Source: an uncultured Gemmatimonadales bacterium (GTDB taxonomy: Bacteria > Gemmatimonadota > Gemmatimonadetes > Longimicrobiales > Gaopeijiaceae). From it: a DNA stretch of 64,000 nucleotides. Positions 21,577-31,225 of the stretch are shown here, one piece after another. Positions within the stretch are counted from its first letter, which is position 1. Each line of letters starts with the position of its first letter. The position numbers were made by a program, and so were the translations under genes. The notes under the pieces were generated by a model that searched no databases, was not told the origin of the DNA, and worked only from the letters and a program-made list of their open reading frames with translations. The stretch spans positions 1 through 64,000 of the forward strand of contig CAWGKG010000013.1 in the NCBI GenBank assembly GCA_963823035.1. The letters run 5' to 3'.

Positions 21577-22962
21577 TCAGCCCTCCACGCGCTTCAGAAC
21601 GTAGTGCCCACCGCCCTGATCGAGGTGCAACGTCGTTACGCGCCCGTCGCGCCGCACGAAGAACAGTCGCGTCATGCCCTCGCCCCACGTCAGCCCTTCC
21701 CAGTGGGCGGGCCGCATCCCTTGCTGGGCTCCCTCCGGCGTGAACACCAGCTGGCCGCCATCCTGCGTGACGTGCATGGTGAGCGCGCGTCCGCGGGCCG
21801 GCCCCGCGTAGTCGCCCACGAACTCGCCTGGATCGCCCGTGAACGGAGTCGCCGCCGGCACCGGTGCGGGCCCCAGCACCAGATCGGCGAGCGCCTCCCC
21901 GAGCGCCCCCGGCCCCTTCGGCCCCGCCGTGTTCTGGAGCACGATCACGGTGAGATCGGCGTCCGGGTAGTAGCGCCCGTCCGAGAGGAACCCGTTGATC
22001 CCTCCGCCGTGCGCGATCATGCGCCGCCCACCCGTGTCGTCGACCATCAGGCCCATCGCGTAGCGGATCGGCGTGCCGTCCTCCAACGGGCGGGGCGTCG
22101 TGAGCAGGCGGTAGGACGCGGCCGTCAGCACCCGCCCGTGATGCAGCGCCTGGTTCCAGCGCACCAGATCGCCCGCCGTCGAGCAGAGCGAGCCGGCCGC
22201 GAACGGCCAGGTGTGGTCCAGGTAGCCCTTCCGTCGCAGCCCGGCCGGGCCGGCGTCGTAGCCGTGCGCGCGGTCCTTCCTGATCGCGCTCTCCGAGCAG
22301 TAGTAGGAGTGATCCATCCCCACCGGGCCGAAGACGTGCTCGTCGATGTAGTCGGCGTACGGCTGGCCCGACACCTTCTCGATGATCAGCCCGAGGAGGA
22401 AGTACGCCGAGTTGTTGTAGATCTCGGCCGTGCCGGGCTCGAAGTCGAAGGGCTGTCGCTCGACGAGCGTGACCAGCGAATCGCGCGGGAGCGCGTCGCG
22501 CATGATGTCGCCGAAGACCTCCATCTCCGTGTAGCCCTTGATGCCGGAGGTGTGGTCGAGCAGCCGACGCAGGGGAACGCGATGCTGTCCCTCGTCGAAC
22601 TCCGGGAGGTACGTCGTGAAGTCGGCGTCCAGGTCGAGCTTCCCCGCCTGCACGAGCTGCAGCACCGCCGTCGAGGTGAACTGCTTCGTCATCGACCCGA
22701 TCTCGTAGCTGGCGCGCCCGTCGGCGGGCGTGGCCACGTCCCACTCGAGGTCCGCGCTGCCGTATCCGCGCAGGAGCAGCGTATCCGCGCCACGCACCAC
22801 CGCGACGGAGACGCCGGCCACCATCGAGTCCGCCGCGTGCGCGCGCGCCGCCGAGTCGAGCGCGGCCACCAGCGTCGCGCGGTCCGTGATCTGCGCGTGG
22901 AGGAGGGCGGGCGGCAGCGCGAGCCAGACGGCGAGCGCGAGGGGAAGGCGCCGCGACGTCAT
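21577..22962 (-). CDS. Secreted serine hydrolase, beta-lactamase class C/CubicO family
   Basis: Signal peptide, SMTK (SxxK), LLDHTSG, YNN, HGG. Confidence 0.9.
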   Translation of the reverse strand: MTSRRLPLALAVWLALPPALLHAQITDRATLVAALDSAARAHAADSMVAGVSVAVVRGADTLLLRGYGSADLEWDVATPADGRASYEIGSMTKQFTSTAVLQLVQAGKLDLDADFTTYLPEFDEGQHRVPLRRLLDHTSGIKGYTEMEVFGDIMRDALPRDSLVTLVERQPFDFEPGTAEIYNNSAYFLLGLIIEKVSGQPYADYIDEHVFGPVGMDHSYYCSESAIRKDRAHGYDAGPAGLRRKGYLDHTWPFAAGSLCSTAGDLVRWNQALHHGRVLTAASYRLLTTPRPLEDGTPIRYAMGLMVDDTGGRRMIAHGGGINGFLSDGRYYPDADLTVIVLQNTAGPKGPGALGEALADLVLGPAPVPAATPFTGDPGEFVGDYAGPARGRALTMHVTQDGGQLVFTPEGAQQGMRPAHWEGLTWGEGMTRLFFVRRDGRVTTLHLDQGGGHYVLKRVEG

Positions 22963-23399
22963 GGAATCTCCTCCGGCGTGTGCGTGAAGGGACTGATGAT
23001 CCGGAGACCGAGGATCTCCAGGCCGTCCTGAAGGTCTTCCGTGAGCAGCCAGGGGCATCCTGCGCGATGGGCAGCGGCGACGATCAGCGCGTCCCACCAC
23101 GAGAGCCCGAACCGATCTTCGATCTCCCAGGCGGTCTCGAAGGTATCGTGGTCCGGCGGACGCGGCTCCCACGCGCGAAGCGCGGCCACGTCATCGCGGG
23201 CCTCTTCACGAGACCGGGGAGGGTCCAGCTTTCGTGTCAACGTGACGTAGTACTCCTGCAGAACCTGCGTGCTCAGGCGCCCGGTGCGCTCGTCCCACAG
23301 CGCAGCCATCCACTCCGCTGCGCGTCGCTGCTTTTCCTCGTCCGCGCGGTCGCGCACGTACACGAGGACGTTCGTGTCAACGAAGACCGGATCGGTCAT
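22959..23399 (-). CDS. PIN-domain (VapC-like) toxin
   Basis: VFVDTNVLVY, STQVLQEYY, SWWDALIVAAA, LLTEDLQDG. Confidence 0.9.
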   Translation of the reverse strand: MTDPVFVDTNVLVYVRDRADEEKQRRAAEWMAALWDERTGRLSTQVLQEYYVTLTRKLDPPRSREEARDDVAALRAWEPRPPDHDTFETAWEIEDRFGLSWWDALIVAAAHRAGCPWLLTEDLQDGLEILGLRIISPFTHTPEEIP

Positions 23400-23630
23400 G
23401 CAGGTCGTTGCGGCCCGGGAGCGGCTCGCCTCCGGCGCGATGCACACGTGGGGACTGTGCGAAATAGCGCTGTCTGGCCACCTCGTACGCGTCCGCGCCC
23501 TCCATCTCTCTCGCAGGATCGCCCCGAGGAGCCTCGACACGCTCGTATCCCGCTTCGCGGCTTCGATCCGTGCCCAGCGGGCCGTCTCCTCGTCGAGCGT
23601 GACGGTCACGTTCTTCAGCTTTCTCGCCAT
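23377..23630 (-). CDS. Ribbon-helix-helix type antitoxin; apparent 1-nt deletion near 23505
   Basis: KNVTVTLDEETARWARIEAAKRDTSVSRLL. The shifted frame continues MEGADAYEVARQRYF...LPGRNDLHDRSGLR* and overlaps the toxin start. Confidence 0.75.
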
Positions 23631-23665
23631 GACACGATCTTCGTGTTACACGAGCTCCGTGTCAA
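23630..23665 (-). promoter_or_regulatory. TA promoter with two tandem palindromic operators
   Basis: TTGACA (23665-23660)-N17-GAAGAT-N6-ATG. ACACG-N5-CGTGT occurs at 23632-23646 and 23648-23662. Confidence 0.7.
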
Positions 23666-23687
23666 GAACGCCGCGCCGTCCGGCCTC

Positions 23688-24743
23688 CTACCACCACTCC
23701 TTCTGCAGCTCCTCCAGCTTCGCCCTCCCCGGGCACAGCTTCTCGTAGGGGAGGTCCACCAGCGGCGTCTCGACCGTGTTCTCCATCTCGTGCATGTCAC
23801 CGCCCGACTCCTCCAGGAAGAGGAGCCCGGTCGCCACCTCACCACGCTCGCCGGACGCGCGCAGGTGTTCGAGCACGTTGCCGCGATCCGTCGGGTCGTA
23901 GTCCGCCGCCACCTTCCGGAAATGGACGACGCTGCCGTCGTGCATCTTCACGGACTGCACCGCGCCCTCGTCGTAGTCGGCCTTGATCTCGCGCCGGAGC
24001 GGCACGAAGTCCGTCTCGACGACCTCCTGCATGTGGAAGCGCGTATGGGCGTAGCTCTTGGTGGAGCCCTTGTGGTCGTTGAAGGTCACGCACGGCGAGA
24101 TCACGTCCACGAGCGCGAAGCCGCTGTGCTTCATCGCGGCCTTCAGGATGGGCACGAGCTGCCGCTTGTCGCCCGAGAAGGAGCGCGCGACGAACGTCGC
24201 GCCGAGCGAGAGCGCCACGCTCACCGGGTCGATCGGGCCCTGCCGGTTGATCTCGCCGTACTTGGAGCGCGTGCCCACGTCCGCCGACGCCGAGAACTGT
24301 CCCTTCGTGAGGCCGTACACGCCGTTGTTCTCGAGCACGTACAGCATGTTCACGTTGCGCCGGATCGCGTGGCACAGCTGCCCGAGGCCGATGGACAGCG
24401 AGTCCCCGTCGCCCGAGATGCCCACGTACAGCAGGTCGCGGTTGGCCGCGTTCGCGCCGGTCGCGATCGAGGGCATGCGCCCGTGCACGGAGTTGAAGCC
24501 GTGCGCCTCCTTGATGAAGTACGCCGGCGTCTTGGAGGAGCAGCCGATGCCGGAGAGCTTCGCCACCCGGTGCGGCTCGACGTCGAGCTCGAAGAACGCC
24601 TGGATGAGCGCGGCCGTGACCGAGTCGTGCCCGCACCCGGCGCACAACGTGGACATCGTCCCCTCGTAGTCGCGCTGCGTCAGCCCCAGCGCGTTCGTGC
24701 GCATCTTCGGGTGCCGCGCGCTCGGCTTGGTCATGTACGTCAT
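23688..24743 (-). CDS. korB: 2-oxoacid:ferredoxin oxidoreductase beta subunit
   Basis: LCAGCGHDS, SGIGCSS, HGR, GDGD...NNGVYGLTKGQFS (TPP motif), SPCVTFN. Confidence 0.92.
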   Translation of the reverse strand: MTYMTKPSARHPKMRTNALGLTQRDYEGTMSTLCAGCGHDSVTAALIQAFFELDVEPHRVAKLSGIGCSSKTPAYFIKEAHGFNSVHGRMPSIATGANAANRDLLYVGISGDGDSLSIGLGQLCHAIRRNVNMLYVLENNGVYGLTKGQFSASADVGTRSKYGEINRQGPIDPVSVALSLGATFVARSFSGDKRQLVPILKAAMKHSGFALVDVISPCVTFNDHKGSTKSYAHTRFHMQEVVETDFVPLRREIKADYDEGAVQSVKMHDGSVVHFRKVAADYDPTDRGNVLEHLRASGERGEVATGLLFLEESGGDMHEMENTVETPLVDLPYEKLCPGRAKLEELQKEWW

Positions 24744-26569
24744 GAGAGGACCTCCGTGAGCGCGGTGCGCAGCCGGGGCCGCACGCCGTCCAGCACATGC
24801 CCCTTGCTGAGAGGTTGGCCGCCGTAGTACCGCACGGAGACGAGCTTCGACTGCGGGCACCCTGTCTCCATCGACAGGAGCATCTTCAGCTGCGCGTCGC
24901 GGTTCTGCTCCACCACGAACACGGTCTCGTGCTCCTCCAGGAAGCGAGCCACATCCTCGTTGAACGGGAAGCCGCGCACACGCATGTAGTCGACGTCCGC
25001 GCCCTCGGCGACCAGCTCGTCGCGCGCTTCCATCACCGCCCAGTGGCACCCGCCGATCGACACGATGCCGTACCGGCCGCCGCCCTCCACCGTGTGCATC
25101 TCGGGCGCCGGCACGTGTGCGCAGGCGGACTGCACCTTACGCGCTATCCGGTCGACGACCTCCAGATAGGCGTCCGAGTCCTCCGTGTACTTGGCGTGCT
25201 TGTCATGCCCGGATCCGCGCGTGAAGTACGCGCCCTTCGGGTGCTCGCCCGGAAGCGTGCGGTAGGGGATGCCATCGCCGTCCACGTCGAGGTAGCGCGA
25301 GAAGGACTTCATCTCCTCGAGCTCGTCGGCCGACAGCACCTTCCCCCGGTCGGGGCGGAACGCGTCGTCCCACCGGAGCTTCGGGATCATCCAGTCGTTC
25401 ATCCCGATGTCCAGGTCGGAAAGCAGGAACACCGGCGTCTGGAAGCGCTCGGCCAGGTCGAACGCCGCGACGGCGAACTCGAAGCACTCCTTGGGATTGG
25501 ACGGATAGAGCACGATGTGCTTGGTGTCGCCGTGCGAGGCGTACGCGGACAGCAGGAGGTCACCCTGCTGCGTGCGCGTCGGCATTCCGGTCGAGGGACC
25601 CGTGCGCTGCACGTCCACGAAGACCGACGGCACCTCGGCGTAGTAGGCCAGCCCGATGAACTCGCTCATCAGGTCGATCCCCGCGCCCGACGTGGGCGTG
25701 AAGGAGCGCGCACCCATCCAGCCCGCGCCGATCACCATGCCCGCCGCGGCCAGCTCGTCCTCGGCCTGCACGATGCAGTAGTCGTGCTTGCCGGTCTCGG
25801 GATCCACGCGGAAGCGCTGGCACCACTCCTTGAAGCCGTCCATGACCGAGGTGGCCGGCGTGATGGGATACCACGCGCCCACCGTCGCGCCGGCGTACAC
25901 GCACCCGAGCGCGGTCGCGGCGTTGCCCGTGACCAGCACGTGCTCGCGCGTGGCGTCCATGCGCTTCACACGGATGGGCAGCGGACAGTCCCACTCCTCG
26001 CGCGCCCAGTCGGCGCCCATGCGGATGGCCGTGAAGTTCGAGTCGATGAGGTTCGGCTTGTGGCTGAACTTCTCCTCGAGCATGCCCTTCACGACGTCCA
26101 TCTCGATGTCGAGGAGGGCGACCAGCGCGCCGACGTAGCCGATGTTCTTCATGAGGATGCGCTCGCGCGCGCGCTCGAAGCGCTCCGCGCACATGCGTGC
26201 CAGCGGAATCCCGAGGAAGGTCACGTCGTCGCGGAGGATCTCGTCGTCGAGCTCCTTGGTCGAGTCGTACAGCACCCACCCCCCCGACACCACCTCGTCG
26301 ATGTCCCGCTCGTAGCTCTGCGGGTTCATCGCGACCATGAGGTGGAAGTCGGGGCTGCGGGCCGTGTACCCGTCCCGGTTCACCCGGATCTCGTACCAGG
26401 TCGGTAGCCCCTGGATGTTGGAGGGAAAGACGTTCTTCCCGGACACCGGTATTCCCATCCTGAAGAGCGCCTGCAGAAGCAGACTGTTCGCGCTGGCGGA
26501 ACCGGTGCCGTTTACCGTGCCGACCTTCAGGGCGAAGTCGTTGAGGCGGTCTCGTGCGTCGTGGGCCAA
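24740..26569 (-). CDS. korA: 2-oxoacid:ferredoxin oxidoreductase alpha subunit (gamma-alpha fused)
   Basis: GTVNGTGSASAN, FPSNIQGLPTW, WYPITP, QAEDE, QRTGPSTGMPT, VEQN. Probable TTG start. Confidence 0.9.
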   Translation of the reverse strand: MAHDARDRLNDFALKVGTVNGTGSASANSLLLQALFRMGIPVSGKNVFPSNIQGLPTWYEIRVNRDGYTARSPDFHLMVAMNPQSYERDIDEVVSGGWVLYDSTKELDDEILRDDVTFLGIPLARMCAERFERARERILMKNIGYVGALVALLDIEMDVVKGMLEEKFSHKPNLIDSNFTAIRMGADWAREEWDCPLPIRVKRMDATREHVLVTGNAATALGCVYAGATVGAWYPITPATSVMDGFKEWCQRFRVDPETGKHDYCIVQAEDELAAAGMVIGAGWMGARSFTPTSGAGIDLMSEFIGLAYYAEVPSVFVDVQRTGPSTGMPTRTQQGDLLLSAYASHGDTKHIVLYPSNPKECFEFAVAAFDLAERFQTPVFLLSDLDIGMNDWMIPKLRWDDAFRPDRGKVLSADELEEMKSFSRYLDVDGDGIPYRTLPGEHPKGAYFTRGSGHDKHAKYTEDSDAYLEVVDRIARKVQSACAHVPAPEMHTVEGGGRYGIVSIGGCHWAVMEARDELVAEGADVDYMRVRGFPFNEDVARFLEEHETVFVVEQNRDAQLKMLLSMETGCPQSKLVSVRYYGGQPLSKGHVLDGVRPRLRTALTEVLS

Positions 26570-28338
26570 GATGTGGTTCCTGCGTAGGGGACGAGGAGCT
26601 CGAACTTTCGCATGTCCCACGCGGCGGTGGGACAGCGCTCCGCGCACAGGCCGCAGTGCACGCACAGGTCCTCGTCCTTGACCATGATGCGCCCGGTCTG
26701 TGGAAGATCCTCGGAAGCGAAGATCGACTGCTTGAGGTTCTCGGCGGGGGCGGTCAGCCGGGTGCGGAGATCCTCTTCGTCACCGTTCCCCGTGATCGTC
26801 AGGCACTGGAGCGGGCAGATGTCGATGCACGCGTCGCATTCGATGCACAGGTTGGCGGTGAAGTCCGTCTGGATGTCGCAGTTGAGGCAGCGCTCGACTT
26901 CGCGGGCGGTCTCCTCGACGCTGTAGCCGATCTCGGCCTCGGTGCCGATGCTGCGCAGCCGCTCCTCGAGGTCCACGTAGCGCATCGGCGTGCGCGAGGC
27001 CGGGTTGTAGTCGTTGGAATACGCCCACTCGTGGATGCCCATCTTCGTGGACAGGAGGTTCGACCCGAACGGAGGGCGGTCGTCCAACCTCGTGCCCTGG
27101 CAGTGGTTGTGGATGGAGATCGCGGCCTGGTGGCCGTGCTCCACCGCCCAGATGATGTTCTCCGGGCCCCACGCCGCGTCCCCTCCGAAGAAGACGCCGG
27201 GGAGGGAGCACTGCATCGTGCCCCGGTCGACGATCGGCATGTCCCAGTCGTTGAACTCGATGCCGATGTCGCGCTCGACCCACGGGAAGGCGTTGTCCTG
27301 CCCGATCGCGAGGATCACGTCGTCGCAGGGGATGAACACCTCCTCGATCGGCCGCGCGCGCTGCTTCCCCTTGTCGTCCTCGTACCACTCGACGATGTCG
27401 AACATCATCCCCTCGAGCTTGCCGTCCTTCACCACGTAGCTCTTCGGGGAGTGGTACTCGAGCACCTCGACGTGCTCACCCTCCGCGTCCTCCAGCTCCC
27501 AGTCCGACGCCTTGAAGTCCGCGCGGCCGCGGCGGGCCATGACCTTCACGTCCTTGCCGCCGATCCGCTTCGACGCCCGGCAGCAGTCCATGGCGGTGTT
27601 GCCCACGCCGATCACCAGGACGCGCTCGCCCACCGAGTCGATGTGCTGGAAGGCGACGCTCTCGAGCCATTCGATGCCGATGTGGATGCGATCCGAGTCG
27701 TACCGTCCGGGCAGCTCGAGGTTCTTCCCCCTGGGCGCGCCGACGCCGACGAAGACGGCGTCGTAGCCCTCGTCGAGGAGCCCCTTCATGCTCTCGACCG
27801 CCGTGTTCAGGCGGACGTCCACGCCCATGTCGATGATGAAGCCGATCTCCTCGTTGAGCACGCGCTGTGGGAGTCGGAAGGCCGGGATGTTCGTGAGCAT
27901 GAGCCCGCCGAGCTTGTCGAGCTTCTCGTAGAGCACGCACTCGTAGCCCAGCGGCATGAGGTCGTTCGCGACCGTGAGGGAGGCCGGTCCGCCCCCGATC
28001 AGCGCGACCTTCTTGCCGTTCTTCTGTTCGGGGATCTTCGGCAGGCGGTGGTTCACCGACTCGCGCAGGTCCGCGGCCACGCGCTTCAGGCGACAGATCG
28101 CGACGGGCTTGCCGTCCACGCGCTCGCGGCGGCAGGCCGGCTCGCACGGGCGGTCACAGGTGCGCCCCAGGATCCCCGGGAAGACGTTCGATTCGCGGTT
28201 GAGCATGTAGGCGTCCGTGTAACGCCCTTCCGCGATGAGCCTTATGTACTCGGGCACGTTGGTGTGCGCGGGGCACGCCCACTGGCAGTCGACCACTTTG
28301 TGGTAGTACTGCGGGTCCCGGGTGTTCGTCGGTTGCAT
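26527..28338 (-). CDS. GltD/SudA-like FAD-dependent NAD(P)H oxidoreductase with C-terminal ferredoxin domain (KorC-like)
   Basis: CQWACP, GRTCDRPCEPAC, GGGPAS, GVGNTAMDC with downstream RR (NADP-type), ERCLNC, CIECDACIDICP, CVHCGLCAERCP. Confidence 0.88.
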   Translation of the reverse strand: MQPTNTRDPQYYHKVVDCQWACPAHTNVPEYIRLIAEGRYTDAYMLNRESNVFPGILGRTCDRPCEPACRRERVDGKPVAICRLKRVAADLRESVNHRLPKIPEQKNGKKVALIGGGPASLTVANDLMPLGYECVLYEKLDKLGGLMLTNIPAFRLPQRVLNEEIGFIIDMGVDVRLNTAVESMKGLLDEGYDAVFVGVGAPRGKNLELPGRYDSDRIHIGIEWLESVAFQHIDSVGERVLVIGVGNTAMDCCRASKRIGGKDVKVMARRGRADFKASDWELEDAEGEHVEVLEYHSPKSYVVKDGKLEGMMFDIVEWYEDDKGKQRARPIEEVFIPCDDVILAIGQDNAFPWVERDIGIEFNDWDMPIVDRGTMQCSLPGVFFGGDAAWGPENIIWAVEHGHQAAISIHNHCQGTRLDDRPPFGSNLLSTKMGIHEWAYSNDYNPASRTPMRYVDLEERLRSIGTEAEIGYSVEETAREVERCLNCDIQTDFTANLCIECDACIDICPLQCLTITGNGDEEDLRTRLTAPAENLKQSIFASEDLPQTGRIMVKDEDLCVHCGLCAERCPTAAWDMRKFELLVPYAGTTSWPTTHETASTTSP

Positions 28339-28543
28339 CCCTGACTCCGTACCGCTTGGTCGTCACCACGCTTCCGATCGGTCGTACGGTCGGAAGTGCC
28401 GGGAGGGTCCCTCGTGGACCGGCGTGCGCCATATGCCGGGGGGCGACGGGGGTACGCAAGGAGCCCCGACGCCGGGGCGTGGACATCTTCACTGCGGCGC
28501 CGTGTGCGTTGCGCGCGCCGGCGCCGGAGAGGATCATTGCAGC

Positions 28544-29308
28544 ATGTTCCGCGCCACCGCCGCATCCGCCGATCCCGGGCGTGCTCCGCTCGCTCTCGAC
28601 CCCGATCGCATCGTCGAGACGATCGCCGCGCTCGGACGGCGCATCCAGGAGCGCTTTCCCGGAAGCGGGCTCGGCCGCGTGTGCGGGACGCTCGAGGAGA
28701 TCGGGCAGCGAACCAAGGACCGCCTCGACTGGGTGGCTCGACCCAACCTGTGGCTGCGCACCGGCACCTGGGTCATGGCCCTCCTCCTGGTCGCCGGCTT
28801 CATGGCGGCCGGGTGGGCGTTGGTGCAGGCCGTGCGGGAGACGGGGATCCAGGATCCGCTGGCACTGGTGGAGGCGGGGGAGTCCGCGATCCAGGAGATC
28901 GTGTTCGTCGGCATCGGACTCGTGTTCCTGCTCACGGTGGAGAGCCGCCTGAAGCGGCGGCGCGCTCTGAGCTTCATCCGTGAGCTGAGGGCCCTGGCGC
29001 ACATCGTGGACATGCACCAGCTCACCAAGGATCCTCATCGGCTCGCGGTGCTCTCCCCGGACACGCCGTCCTCCCCGAAACGTCAGCTCAGCCAGCGGCA
29101 CCTGGGACGGTACCTCGACTACTGCTCGGAGATGCTCTCGCTCGCGTCGAAGGTGTCCGCCCTGTACGCCGAGCGGTTCGACGACCCGGTGGTGCTGCAG
29201 GCGGTCGACGAGGTCGAGGCCCTCACCACCGGCCTCGCCCGCAAGATCTGGCAGAAGATCATGGTCCTCGGCGAACCCGAGCAGCTGCCGGTCGGGCCTA
29301 CCCGTTGA
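28544..29308 (+). CDS. Hypothetical membrane protein with two TM helices
   Basis: GC-typical codon pattern, two hydrophobic segments, conserved-looking blocks HIVDMHQLTKDP and RYLDYCSEMLSL. Confidence 0.7.
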   Translation: MFRATAASADPGRAPLALDPDRIVETIAALGRRIQERFPGSGLGRVCGTLEEIGQRTKDRLDWVARPNLWLRTGTWVMALLLVAGFMAAGWALVQAVRETGIQDPLALVEAGESAIQEIVFVGIGLVFLLTVESRLKRRRALSFIRELRALAHIVDMHQLTKDPHRLAVLSPDTPSSPKRQLSQRHLGRYLDYCSEMLSLASKVSALYAERFDDPVVLQAVDEVEALTTGLARKIWQKIMVLGEPEQLPVGPTR

Positions 29309-30374
29309 TCTCGAAAATCGTCCGGTCCACCAACTCGAGGAAGGAAAGCGCCGCGTCCGCCTTGTACGCGTTGCACGCGTTGAAGTTGAACTTCCCCGAC
29401 CGGAGCGTCACGTCCGGGTTCGACCCGTTCAGGCCCGCGATGAACATGCCCTCGACGATCGGGTCGTAGAAGGGAACGTCGCCGAGCGCCCCGGCGAGGA
29501 TGATGCCCTTCCACGAAAAATTGAAGCCCGGCACGAACGTCCCGGCCACGATGAGCACCCCATGGCCGTTGGTGAAGTGCTGGGTGAGGTCTCCGTCGAA
29601 GCGCACGATCTTGAAGGAGTCGGCCGGAATCATCGTGAAGTCCGGCATCGTGTTCTCGAAGTCGACCGGGAAGCTCGGGCTGGTGAGGATGTCCCAACGG
29701 ATCCCCACCGCGTCGTACATCGCGTTGAAGCCCGGGTACCCCATGCCATCCGGGCTGCCGACGTAGGTGCCGGCCAGCGGCGGAGGCCCGACCGTACTCG
29801 ACGTCGTCACGCTTCCACCACGAACGAGACCGGCCGTCCCAGCCGTTCCACCTTCCGGGCAATCGCCCGACGTGGAGTGGTCGAAGCCGTTCAAGTCGGC
29901 CTCGACCGAGAAGCCGTCGTCGTAGGAGAGGTCGAGGGTGCCGCCGCTCACCCAGAGCGCACCCCGGAACGGAATGGGGTTGAGGCGACGCCAGGCGTAC
30001 GTGCCGACGGAGCGGCGGGCCGGGTTCGCGGGCGCCGAGGGGTCGGCGACGGTGCCCGTGGAGCGGATGTAGTAGAGCTCGTTGAGCGGGTCCTTCCGCA
30101 AGACCCGCCGCGTCGTCACCGTGGCGATCCCGTCCCCGATGGCGTAGCTGACGGAATCGTCCACCTCCCCGATCTGCTCGCCGAGGAAGCGCTGCAGCCC
30201 CGCGCGCGCCGCGGTGAGCGCCTTCTGACCGTCGCGGTTCTGCGTGGAGAGCACGAGCTCCGTGCTCACCGCCTGGTAGCCCGTGATGCCGGCGACGGCG
30301 ATGGCGAAGAGCATCAGCACCACGAGCGCCAGCGCGAAGCCGCCCCGTCCGTTCCGCTTCCCCGGATCCCTCAT
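29298..30374 (-). CDS. PilX/GspK-like minor pilin
   Basis: Class III signal RGG|FALALVVLML without Glu5. ATGA overlap with the upstream pilin. Confidence 0.75.
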   Translation of the reverse strand: MRDPGKRNGRGGFALALVVLMLFAIAVAGITGYQAVSTELVLSTQNRDGQKALTAARAGLQRFLGEQIGEVDDSVSYAIGDGIATVTTRRVLRKDPLNELYYIRSTGTVADPSAPANPARRSVGTYAWRRLNPIPFRGALWVSGGTLDLSYDDGFSVEADLNGFDHSTSGDCPEGGTAGTAGLVRGGSVTTSSTVGPPPLAGTYVGSPDGMGYPGFNAMYDAVGIRWDILTSPSFPVDFENTMPDFTMIPADSFKIVRFDGDLTQHFTNGHGVLIVAGTFVPGFNFSWKGIILAGALGDVPFYDPIVEGMFIAGLNGSNPDVTLRSGKFNFNACNAYKADAALSFLELVDRTIFEING

Positions 30375-31225
30375 CCGCCGTTCCTCAGGCTCACGTTCAC
30401 GGACCAGCCGTAGGTGATGTCGGCGACGCCACCCGTGCGCGGCGGCCTGCGCACCTCCGCCACGATCCTCACGGCATCCACGTTCGCGAGCGCGCCGCCG
30501 GCCACCGTGTTCGCGTAGGTCGTCCCGCCTGTGCGGTACTGGAACTGTGCGGTGGGATCGACCCCGGTCACGAACTCCACCGGGGAGCCCCCGGCGACGG
30601 TGCGAAAGAGCGCCAGCCGCGTGGGCTCCAAAGCCGAAGCGTCGACCCGATACTCCACCTCGCGGTAGAGCATGATCAGTTGGCCCAGCACCGGGGTGTA
30701 GCCATGGTAGGCGCCGAGCTGGCGAAGCGTCACGAAGTCGGACACCGCGCCCGTGGTGTCGGCCCCGTTGGCCGCGCATCCGGACGCCGGCGTCCCGGCC
30801 GTTTCCTCGATGTTCAGCCACGAACCGCCGTCGTAGTAGCTCCAGGCGCCGCCGATCGTGTCCCGCACGGCGAAGCCGGTAACCTCTTCCGTGTCCAGCC
30901 CTGGGAGCCCGCCTTCGAACTGGACGGCGACCCGGTCCCCGGGGCCGCGCGCGCACACCGCGGCAAGCACGATGGGCGAGCGCATGACCACGCGGTCGCC
31001 CTGCGCGACCTTCAGCCCGCCCCTGGTGACCGAACGGAGCTCGCTGGCCACGGTCTCGGTCATGACGCGCGCGGCGTCGTGCGCCTCCGTGCGCGCGAGC
31101 TGCGTCTCGTAGTAGCGGTTCTGGACGAGGAACACGGTGCTCACCAGGATCACGACCACGGACGACAGCGTGAGCGCCACCATCGCTTCGATGAGGGTGA
31201 AACCCGCCCGCCTCCTCCCTACCAG
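30371..31225 (-). CDS. PilW/GspJ-like minor pilin; start uncertain, candidate CTG
   Basis: RRRAG|FTLIEAMVAL prepilin motif. Confidence 0.78.
   Translation of the reverse strand: MVGRRRAGFTLIEAMVALTLSSVVVILVSTVFLVQNRYYETQLARTEAHDAARVMTETVASELRSVTRGGLKVAQGDRVVMRSPIVLAAVCARGPGDRVAVQFEGGLPGLDTEEVTGFAVRDTIGGAWSYYDGGSWLNIEETAGTPASGCAANGADTTGAVSDFVTLRQLGAYHGYTPVLGQLIMLYREVEYRVDASALEPTRLALFRTVAGGSPVEFVTGVDPTAQFQYRTGGTTYANTVAGGALANVDAVRIVAEVRRPPRTGGVADITYGWSVNVSLRNGG

Noticed and set aside
22959..23630. In-frame antitoxin-toxin fusion of 223 aa
   Set aside because: One added base in the GAGAGAG run near 23505 restores a typical antitoxin tail ending LHDRSGLR* over the toxin start. Probably a sequencing error; reads would settle it.
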